Assembly (NCBI RefSeq): GCF_052425735.1
Contig: NC_135762.1
Coordinates: forward strand, 10,292,001-10,356,000
Direction: 5' to 3'
Source: Oculina patagonica
Taxonomy: Eukaryota
Length of the DNA: 64,000 nucleotides
In this document: positions 49,364-59,089 of the stretch, one piece after another
Position numbering within the stretch: position 1 is the stretch's first letter
How the letters are laid out: the number at the start of each line of letters is the position of its first letter
Program-made: the position numbers and the translations under genes
Notes under the pieces: generated by a model
The model's database searches: none
What the model saw: only the letters and a program-made list of their open reading frames with translations
What the model was told of the DNA's origin: nothing

Positions 49364-49748
49364 AGGGGCTACATCATGGGGATTTCGCAGATTTTTGGTC
49401 TAAACTGTTCTGAAATTAGAAGTAGGCAATTTAACCCATGAAAAACATTATCTTTGAACATCTTTAAGATATTACCTTAATTTACAGATATAAATCTGCA
49501 GGCTACAGCTATAAATATTAATTTAATGGACACATGTTGAAACAACTTGAAAAAAAAAAGGCCTTAATCAAATTGCAATGCATTTCCATTCGAGGCCAAG
49601 GCATCAGCAGCCAAAGATGTTAACTGCAGTTTCATTGCTCTAATACAGGAAATTTAGATAAAAATGGACCATTGTTTTTTGGTTTCCTATGACACAAATA
49701 TAAATTTTGGCTGTTCAAAAATCTGGGAAAGTCAGTGACAAAGCCCCT
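49364..49748. mobile_element. TTAA-flanked Kolobok-like MITE; related truncated copy at about 35321-35665
   Basis: TTAA-AGGGGCT ... AGCCCCT-TTAA. Internal similarity to 35325-35665. Confidence 0.7.
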
Positions 49749-49913
49749 TTAAGTCTTCATTAATAAGATGCAATTGCAAATTTCAACCACACCCTCCCCC
49801 TTTACCCAACAAAAAACATTACCCTGATTTTAGAGGAAAGTGTTCTCTATGAGTGTCCTCAACAAAATCAATAAACTTCTAACCAAAGTCAATTACACTG
49901 CAAATAAACAAAG

Positions 49914-52537
49914 TCACTTTGGCGCAAGTTTTTCAATGATTCCCATGAGCGCTTGGGTTTGAGTTTGCTGCTGCATCAACAGCAAATTCTGCATATCTTG
50001 GACTTGCTTCTGCTGCTGTTGCTGCTGATCAAGCATAGCTTTAAACATGTGAGCCATGCCATCCTTCTCTTGCTTCTGTTGGTCAAGCAGGGATTTAAAC
50101 AGCTGAGTTTGCTGAGTTTGCATGGCTTGTAATTGTTCTTTTTCTTGCTTCTTCAACTCTAACTCTTCGCTCTTGAGTTTAAGGTCCTCATCTGCCTTTT
50201 CTTTCAGGTATTCGACAGCTTCACTGCCACTTCTTCTGGTCTTCTTTGCTTTGCTGCTTCCTTCTTCAGACTTCCTTTTTATAGTTTTCCCCATTGTTTC
50301 CATCGCCTTTTGCCGCATATCCTCTGCCTTCTTCCTGTCTGTCTCTTGTTTCTCCTTGCTTCCATCACTTGCCTCCTGCATCTCCATATCAGCCGACTCC
50401 TCCATGGCTATAATTTGTTCGATGGCAACATCTAGTGCAGTACGTTCTGGGGAAATACCACTTTCTTTCAGCTCTTGCGCTTCTTGTCTCTTGAATCTTT
50501 GTATTAGGATGCTTATGTGGTCTCGGACTGCCCTTTTGTCGACAATAAAATTAGGATCTTTCACACTGTTAAGGTTATCCGCAATTTTTTGCCATAACGC
50601 ACTGCGTTGTGTAGACTTTTTCCTGGCACTGAATGGGTTGACAAAAATGATCTCCTTGCAGTAGTGGATGTCATGGAGAGGTGTCCAGCTCATAATTCTG
50701 AAAAAAAGTCCAAAAAATACACTAAGGGACGGTCCATTATTTTTTTGGAGAGGGGGGATATGAAAAATGTTAAAAAAAATTGTTTGCAGGTTTAGAAAGA
50801 ACAAAATAAATTGTTTGAAAAGACTATATGTATAGAAAAAAATAGTTTTCAATTTCGAAAAAAAAAAATGCTTGCAGAGGTGGGTAATTTTTTTTTTTTT
50901 TTTGAGGTGGGTATACTAAAAAAAAAAAGTTTGCAGAGGAAAATTTTTTCTTCCCCCATCCAAAAAACTAATGGTTCATACCTAAGTACTACAATTTGCT
51001 GAGAATGCAAACTACAGTTCCTTCAAAAATTAAGCTAAAAACAAAGATGTTACCAAAAGGGCTAGATAGCAGCAGCCTGGGGGGTGGGGGACTCACATAT
51101 GACAGGGACAGGGATGCTCGTCGTCTCGCTGAGGCTGTAAATTTTGGACTTTTTGGACTTGCTTAGGGTGTCCCAGGCAAAACACCAAAATTTAAGTCAT
51201 AATGGTCTCGTTTAGGGCTGCACACAAAGACATGTGCAAATGTAAAAATTCTAGTTTTAATATTTTGGTATCTTTTAGGGGTCAAGGCAAACTTGCGCCA
51301 CACCCAGATTGGTCTCCTTTAGGGGTCCTTTTCGAAAATTTCTGACGAGCATCCCAGCCCCTTTTATATAGGAGTCCCCCCAGGAGCAGCAGACACATTT
51401 CACATTTTTAACATTAATTCACATTTTTAATTATGAGCGTTTCTATTTCCTCATTATAAATTTACTTTCGTAAGTGAAGATGAGAGTATATCTGTTAAAA
51501 CATGACTGAAACTCAAACATTCGATAATATTATTTCTCTCTCTTCTTAAAAAAAAGACTATAAATTAGTTCTTTCCAAATATTGCATTTTGATTGAACAG
51601 AAAAAATCCACGCCTGTTCTACTTGTGAAAAATTAGTGAAGCTTTGATTTGGGTTTGATTTCTTGATTACTTGATCCTTTTAGTTGAAACTTTCCTTTTA
51701 ACCCAAGCATAAGGTTTTCTCTTCGGCTGTACAGATAGCCTTCTGTACGAATCGTAATTCAATTTAATCTAAACTGACTAAAAATGGAGTACCTTATTAC
51801 ACGAAATTTCCGCGACACTTTAATTTCGCGAATTTCGCGATTAAAAAAAATCGCGAAATTAAAGTGACGCGAACAATAAGTGTCGCTAACATAACATGAC
51901 GCGAAAATTCAGAAAGAATGAGTTTAGTACAACTAAAGGAAGGAATTTTCAATGTTAATGGATGTTGTGGTCAATTGACTGAAGAACAATAATTCACGTA
52001 TAATTAAGCATGAACTGCTTGTGGACATTGTGAGAACTGCCCTGTTGTTACTGTTAACATTTAGTCCCGTCGTTGCGTTTTTGTTAATTTTGACGTTATT
52101 GTTTCTTAGATAAAGTCGTTTTATTTCATTCAAGGACATGTTAAATAACATTTCCAAGGAAATGTCATCCGTGTCTCACTTCAAAACGCGAAATTTAAGT
52201 GATTCAAAATACAAAATTTTCGCAAAATCGCGAAATTTAAGTGTCGCGAAATATGCGCACCTCAAAATCGCGAAATTAACGTGTCGCGAAAATTTCATGT
52301 AATAAGATACTAAAATGGACTACTTGCAGTAAGAATATGAATGATATTTTAATTACAGGTTTTTATTAAAACTTCTTCAACCTTTCAATATCGTCAAAAC
52401 CTGCGCTTTTGTCAGTTGTAAGAGAATACAAAATAAATGCGTTGCTCAGTTATGTTCCGATTGTGTATAAAATGCAACCAAACTACCACTTTAAAAACTT
52501 ACGGCTTAGATTTTGCCGAACCGTCCTTTGAAGCCAT
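49914..52537 (-). CDS. Harbinger accessory protein (Myb/SANT-like DNA-binding domain + coiled coil, Q-rich tail), exons 52537-52503 and 50697-49914, about 272 aa
   Basis: W..H...C.EI...P......R..LWQKIA..LN Myb/SANT-like pattern. ATG exon MASKDGSAKSK with a GTAAG donor joins in phase 2 to the TTTTCAG acceptor. Confidence 0.75.
50726..50982. mobile_element. TAA-flanked Tourist/Harbinger-type MITE in intron
   Basis: TAA-GGGACGGTCCATTATTTTT ... AAAAACTAATGGTTCATACC-TAA. Confidence 0.6.
51076..51384. mobile_element. MITE with 8-bp TSD AGCAGCAG
   Basis: CCTGGGGGG..GGGGACTC / GAGTCCCCCCAGG ends. Related right ends at about 3800-3982 and 26095-26278. Confidence 0.7.
51792..52307. mobile_element. 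TA-flanked MITE with TCGCGAAATT subterminal repeats
   Basis: CCTTATTACACGAAATTTCCGCGACAC / GTGTCGCGAAAATTTCATGTAATAAGA. Confidence 0.75.
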
Positions 52538-53630
52538 CGTTACCTAGCTTCCTTGAAACAAGCAATAAAACCTGTAATAAAAAATAAGAATGAAACTAAA
52601 AACACTGCTGTACTTTAGTAGAAATAAGAAAGCAATAAAACCTGTAATTAAAATATCATTCATAATCTTTGAAGTCATCCTTCGCTGCGTTTCGGATGTG
52701 CTTGTTTGCGGCTGTTGTTTATTCACTGGTTTGTCTAAAGACAAGGCGACGAAGTCGCCTTTTAAGGCGAAAATAACAAGGGGAGAACTTAAACTTTCGA
52801 AATAGCACAAGTAGTGATAATTCAAAGGTCAACAGAATACCTACAGACCACCAAAATACTCACGTTTTATCAGAGACGCCAAAAGCCTTCAAATCACGTC
52901 CGTCGTGAGCAAGAACGCGGGAAGGACGCGGGAAGCCTCACTTTTGGTCATGCGCAGTGACGATCAGAGATGCTATTTTACTTCCGGTCGTTTTTCGCGG
53001 CGTCCGCGTTCCTGTATCTTAAAGTCCCTATTATTTTAAACGCACAACAGCCGGATAGCCTTAAATGATATTTAAGAATTTAACGCTTCCTTCCTTTTTA
53101 TATCAGAAGCTTTGTTTTGTCAGAAATCGAGGCTGAAAAAGGCCAAAATTAAAGAACATTATAACAACGTATCCAATCTGAATAAATTTTATTCTTCCCT
53201 ATTTGTTGTGGGCGACAAAGATATATATTGTATTCAGATCCGACCTGTAACCAACATTTTCATGGCCCTTCAGTAACGTGAACATTTACAAATCGGAAAG
53301 GAATGAATTTATTAGCTTTTATTGCAATACCATTTTTTTAATTGAATTAATACGAACATTTAAAGAACAATTAATTTTAGCGTTAAATCTTCGAAATAAT
53401 TAAAAACATCCAGCCTCGACCGAAAATTAGACATTTATGTAATTTCAATTTTATCCATTTAAAAATTACGCTGCGAAAAATAAAACTGTTATTGAACAGC
53501 GAAAAATTAAAACTGTTATTGAACGTAGAAATAAAAAAAAAAACTATGGCAGTTCTGTGACACTACAAACATTATCGAAGAGGCTCTTTGATGGGGCTTT
53601 TTCTGTAAGCCTTTAACACACTTAAAAGCA

Positions 53631-54801
53631 ATATATGTTATTTGCCGGCTGGGAGGTCCGTATAGTGAAAAACTGTGACCGAGGTCTTGGAAATGCTGCC
53701 CGAGGCCGCAGGCCGAGGGCAGCATTTTCAAGGCCGAGGTCACAGTTTTTCACTATACGGACCGACCCTAAGCCGGTAAATAACTTATTTATTTTTTTCC
53801 TACTTTAATGTGTTTGATTAAAAAACACCTAAAAAACCTACAAAGACTTTCTTGCCAAATGTGTTTGTATTTATATACGCGCGCATCCAATGTTGAGTCG
53901 ATCGCCATAAGCTACGGCAAGAGTAAATAATGATCTGTTTGCTATAAGAGCTTACTGCCAAACAAAATAAATTCACTAAAATGAACAGTACTCAAGGAAA
54001 ATTTCATCTGAAAAAAAAAAAGAAAAAAAGCATCTGAAATAATAGAAAAGCACAATGTAGAACAGAGCAATCAGCGAGTTGCGAAACACTTTTAACTCCA
54101 TTTCGGCTTGTGAGTTCTTTAGTTAATTAAACTTACTTTTCGGACTGGAAAGCACTTAGCTATTTACATTTGTATTTAACGAGTCAAAAACCTCTGTGTT
54201 GATTCCCACAGTATTCTGTTTTGACAAAAAGTTTGCGAATGTGAAACTGAATGAAGCTGAAATGTGTAGTTTGGTCGCCTGCACAGTGACGGCACAATAT
54301 TGCGAGAATTAATTTGACTGTTTTTTTAATAAAGCATCTCATTTTCTTGAATGGCGATTAGCAGTATTCGGTTTTGGAGAAAAGTAGCAGAGAAGCAAGG
54401 TGTTTGAAACGATAAATCGAGTCTGTAAACCGGCGACTTGCAGTTAACCGCAATGGCGTGAAAATCAGTGCGAATGCACAAACAACGATCGGCAAACCAC
54501 GGCCATAAAACTATAACTTCATTTTGTCACTAAAGAGAATAAATACTCGCCTTTTGGAGAACTTCAAGGTCTTTAATTCCACTGCTAATTTTCCCTTTCA
54601 AATTTACAACGGTTGGTGAGCAACTACATCGATTTAAATCATTTTGGAGAGCAAAACTGTCATGGGTTCGTTCGTCTCGCCGCGAAATGAAACTCACGAA
54701 AGCGTTACCGTGGCCCGTGGGCAGAGATAGGAGAATCTTGCCCGCGCTAATAACCAATCAGATTGCAGGATTCGTTACCGTGCCCTCTTGGAAAAAAATA
54801 A
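53631..54801. mobile_element. Hairpin-ended TSD-less element (about 1.17 kb)
   Basis: About 150-nt hairpin 53637-53784 with three GA/GA mismatches and a GCA triloop. IR pair TTATTTTTTTCC / GGAAAAAAATAA. The flanks join to match 18560-18600 in reverse. Confidence 0.78.
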
Positions 54802-55149
54802 AGTGACAAATTTGCTGGCATTTAAAGCTTAGGTATGACCTTTGTCTTTTGATATATGGCAAGTCTATATGTCTTAGTGTTTTCTCGAGTATTAGTAGCA
54901 TTTTAAATTGTTTTTCCGGCTTTGAACGCAGGCACTCGTCTTAGCTCAATAGACCCTTGCAATGTCCTTGCAGTGCTTTTACTTTCGATTAGTTTTGTTC
55001 TGTTGGTTTCCGCACATTAAAAATAACATATTGTAAATGTAGCAAATGAACGCATCGTGACAGCCTTTTGACACTATATACGTCATGCCTTTGTACTAGA
55101 TAAACTACGAAAGAAGTACGCATTACTCAATGATGGAAATAATTATAAG

Positions 55150-55276
55150 TAGCATAAAATACGATTGGCTTCCTTTTCAGTACTCGAAAAAGTCATATAA
55201 TAAATCCGATCCTTTGTTGACCAAGCTTGTTCGGTCAAGAAGGCAGGATATTGGCCTCGTTCTTTTTTTGGCGCGG

Positions 55277-55307
<31 letters not shown>

Positions 55308-55378
55308 CCACGCAAAAAAAAAAACTTGGCCAATATCCTGCCATCTTGACCTCACGCTTGGTCAATAGCCCATACATA
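55150..55378. mobile_element. Short hairpin-ended element
   Basis: Hairpin 55215-55365 with apex GGACC-TC-GAC-TTC-GTC-TC-GGTCC and two further TC/TC-type mismatches. Confidence 0.7.
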
Positions 55379-56109
55379 TTTTACTTGAGAATCTCGCAAT
55401 TTTCCCGACGTATTCTGCTTATTATTCTGCTTATGCGCAGCGTTTCAATTTTTTTCCTTTTTTAGATAATTTTAGCGGTAAGATTTTGTAGTCTTATTAA
55501 AAATAATCTTACGTCGATGTATTTTCTTTTTAAATTTTAACTGTAAATACATTATAATGAATAATTTCAGATTGCAGTTTATAGGTAGTTATTTTTTCGA
55601 CTTTTTTTGCTTGTTTACAAGCAAAAAGTAGGAGAATAGCGTTTACATAGGCTAAAATCTGAACCGGAAGGGATCGCATTCTTGTTAACTCTCAAGGGAA
55701 TACTTTCCGCTGTGGGTGATCAAAGCGCGTGACTTGTAAAGTGTCACTCTATAGTTGTGCTTCAGCACTTCCGTTCTTGTAGAAACAACGTGACTTGTCA
55801 AATTTACAAACATTATATAAGAATCAAAAACGTGAGTAGCCCAAATCTTACGTCACATAACCAATTAAGAATGTAAGGGGTTCAGCGCTCGAAGGCAGCG
55901 AAGTTTAAAACGATTAAGAACGCAATTTTTACTAGTGCAAGTCTTTAGGCGCTAATATTAATTTAACCTAAAACGTTTAACAACGCACATTTGTACTCGT
56001 ACAAGTCTTTCACACACTAAAACAATGCTAATAGTTAACCAAAGGGAACTCATTTCGTGACAATTGATTATTTCTGCTGAGTTGCACAATTTAGAATTGC
56101 AACATCATC

Positions 56110-56901
56110 TAGCGAAGCGCACTATCACTAAAAATAGATTTCGCCATATGATACCCTCCCCCCCCCCCCCCCCCCCCGCGTGAGTCGGACAACAATTTTA
56201 GTTTGGGCTTTGTATCCGATCTGTTTCGACACATGATAGATAGAGGGCGAAAATATTTTGCTATTCAAACGCCTTTCTAATGGAATTGACGGCGGGTTTG
56301 ATTTTAATAAAGCTGTTATTTATCCCCATTGCTATTACAGACTGCAGCTACAGCTGCCGAGCTCGATCAGTGTATCTTAAATAGTATTTGCCGCGACAAT
56401 TGTGTAACGAAATTAACCTCCTTAAATATTCGGGTCAGGCAAGGGGACCGATCGGACGAGCGTTTCTTTGTGTAATTTTGTGGTGGCATAAATCTGAGGT
56501 TAGCTCTGTTGTGTTGCAAAATGTGCCACTAAGAACAGTGTAAACGTTTTGCATTTCTCATAAAAATAAATGTTTTCTTTCAGCAAATCCCGGCAGCAAA
56601 TCGGGCCTTTATAATCCATTCAATAACTGAGAGTAAAACATTTTACACATTTATTGAATAATCGCTCTGTTTGACAAACCTTTTGTTTCAAACCACGGTT
56701 TGAGCTTTCTACGTTGCACAGGTAAGGCTTTCCGAATTCCGAGCCAATCTGGCCATGGTTTTGTGAAACAATCGCTAAATATGCCTCCAATTTAAAAGTG
56801 CCCGCCAATCATACATTGCTCTTACAGAGAGCGGTTTGTTTGTCCGAATTTTGACTCACACCGGGGGTCAAATTCTGTGACGTCATTAGTGCGCTTCGCT
56901 A
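56110..56901. mobile_element. TIR element with TAG termini
   Basis: 15-bp perfect TIR TAGCGAAGCGCACTA; ATTGCAACATCAT is repeated on both flanks. Confidence 0.7.
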
Positions 56902-56977
56902 ATTGCAACATCATTAAATGTAGTTCGTATAGTGTGATCGTCCGGGTGAGAGTAGTTCTGAGAAGAACTGTTGTTGG

Positions 56978-57022
56978 TGACTGACGTTTCGACAACCTGA
57001 GCGGAAGTCATCTTCAGAGTCA
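56978..57022 (-). ncRNA. Minimal type I hammerhead ribozyme in a short retrozyme/Penelope-related repeat (about 56920-57060)
   Basis: Minus strand: TGACT-CTGAAGA-T-GAC-TTCCGCTCAGGTT-GTC-GAAAC-GTC-AGTCA. Intact CUGANGA and GAAA cores, helix I, helix II and a GUC cleavage triplet. Confidence 0.8.
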
Positions 57023-58065
57023 AGTGAAAAGTTGTTGTCAGTCGATGACAACAACTGAAGTTAATGCAGAAGTTAATGCATCGCCATTAGAAAAATAAAT
57101 AGCAACTGTTTTGCTGGAAATGTAGTCGTTAGAAATGGCATGTGTAGCCGTAAGGTAAAGAATAACGCGAGGAGAAGCGGCTTTTGGTAATATCCAAACG
57201 AAAATTTACTTCTCAATGTGGGGTTAAGATTGCGTGACGAGACAAAACGTAACTCTGTCGTAGAAATCTTTCTAACTCGAAAGGAAACAACTATTTCGAT
57301 TAAACATGCTAAAGGCAAACGTCAAAGTTTACCTTTTTTAACCAAGCCAAAGTATATGAGTCGCAAAGCACCCAGCCGTCGCGACTGACAAATACAGCAT
57401 TTACTCCGCGAAAATAAAAAAATGCTTGAACTGAAAGACGTTTGAATTCTTCCATGATATGTTCGAACAACAATGGCCAGGATAAACCTTCAACTCATAC
57501 TATTCTCACTGCATACATAATTAGCCCGTCACGCGGGAATGGCTTAAAAACGTTAAATTCCGGTGTGTTGTACCTGCGCGCTAGTAGCATGATGCATTGC
57601 GACCTCCGCTTCAAATATCACAGTTTCAGTCGCCTCGTGGCCAGTTCAACGGAGTTCGGTGAAGTGACGTTTCAAAGTTTCTTTGCATATGACCGCCACC
57701 AGCCCGTCTTGCTCGACGTTTAACCAGCTTTGCCGGCGGCCCCGGCTTTTTAACCTGCTGTGCCTGTGGAGCCCGCTCCACAGTTGTGTTTTTCATTTTC
57801 CGTCTTGTAAGGATTTTGCATCGCGGGTCGGGCCACGGTTTTGTCGTTTCGCTTGCTTATTCCGTTCCCACGTGCTTTCATGTCTGGCTTATTTTTCAAA
57901 TGGTGTTTACTGCTCGCTACTTTCGGTTCAGGGATTTCATGCAGTTTTGGGTCCGGGAAATTTACCTTTTGGCCCGCTTTACGTTTCTTGGTTTGGTTTT
58001 CCGTTTTAATCGTTATTTTATTCTGTCTACATGCAGCGCGATTGCCTTTTGTGTTTTCTACCAAT

Positions 58066-58110
58066 AGACCATTTTACAGTTGTCTGTTCAGTGACCTGGC
58101 CTTTGAATGG

Positions 58111-58141
<31 letters not shown>

Positions 58142-58300
58142 CAGACCTCACTGCTTTTGTTGTGTAAATCATGTTGTTCTGATGCTAACTAGTTTGCATT
58201 TACATAACAAAGCAGGGAGGTTTGTATCAATGCAAGGTCACCTCCAGCCTCGCTACTATTCAAAGGCCAGGTTACTTGGAAGGCAACTGTAAAATGGACT
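58066..58300. mobile_element. Palindromic MITE with AWT-type flanks
   Basis: AAT-AGACCATTTTACAGTTG ... CAACTGTAAAATGGACT-ATT; the two halves pair over most of the length. Confidence 0.8.
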
Positions 58301-58606
58301 ATTATTTGTCATATTGTGTTATTAGTTCGCTGCTTGTCAGCTTTTACCCTCATGGGGCACGTTCTTTCATTTGGGATCCCTTATTTGCATATTTTTGTTT
58401 TTGAATTTCGTCCGTTTGGGTTTGTTTGTCTCGTATTTTGCGTTTGCCCTTCTGTTGTGGTTTAAATGTCCATGTTTCCATGTAGTCTATGTTGCTATCC
58501 CGTGGCGAGCGCGTGGGACCTGGGAAACCGCAACGCAAATTTGCCGTCAAAGTCAGCGGTCTTGAGCCTTTGAATAATGTTTTAATGTTTTAAGTTTTAT
58601 ACGTTT

Positions 58607-59089
58607 GTATGGCCCGGAGAGTCAGCAGCCTGGATAACTGTAAAATTTTTTGAGTATGGCCTGGAGAGCCAACAGCCTGGAGAGCTGTAAAATGATTTTT
58701 GAGTATGGCCCGGAGAGCCATGTCAGATGTTTTTTGAGTATGGCCTGGAGAGCCAGCAGCCTGGAGAGCTGTAAAATGTTTTCTGAGTATGGCCCGGAGA
58801 GCCAACAGCTTAAGAAGCTGTGGAAAGTTTTTTGAGTATGACTGGAGAGCCAACAGCCTGGAGAGCTATGAATTTTTTTTTTTTTTTTTTTTGAGTATGG
58901 CCCGGAGAGCCAACAGCCTGGAGAGCTATGAATTTTTTTTTTTTTTTTTTTGAGTATGGCCCGGAGAGCCAACAGCCTGGAGAGCTATGAAATGTTTTTT
59001 GAGTATGGTCCGGACAGCCAGCAGCCTGGAGAGCTGTGAAATAGATTTTAAGAAAGCTATGTTTGTATGGCCTGAAGGGTCAACAGCCT
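58607..59089. repeat. Minisatellite, about 10 units of GTATGGCCCGGAGAGCCAACAGCCTGGAGAGCT separated by T-rich linkers
   Basis: Direct read; lies inside the DIRS-like element upstream of the RT remnant. Confidence 0.9.

Larger units (their letters stand above)
42556..53029. mobile_element. Complete PIF/Harbinger (PHIS) superfamily DNA transposon with two convergent genes
   Basis: Perfect 28-bp TIR AGGGACTTTAAGATACAGGAACGCGGAC; ATT duplicated at 42553-55 and 53030-32. The paralogous empty site CAATA-ATT-ATTTTAAACGCA lies at about 25436. Confidence 0.92.

Noticed and set aside
16624-50664. Antisense ORFs over the GPCRs, hydrolase, Copia and Harbinger genes
   Set aside because: Shadow frames of real coding sequence with no independent motifs.
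50698-50852. N-terminal part of the 312-aa ORF (MKTIFFYTY...)
   Set aside because: Runs through an intronic MITE. A proper acceptor at 50698 and an upstream ATG exon explain the gene better.
58607-59089. CRISPR-like repeat-spacer appearance
   Set aside because: The linkers are short related T-runs rather than unique spacers, there are no cas genes, and the context is a eukaryotic retroelement.
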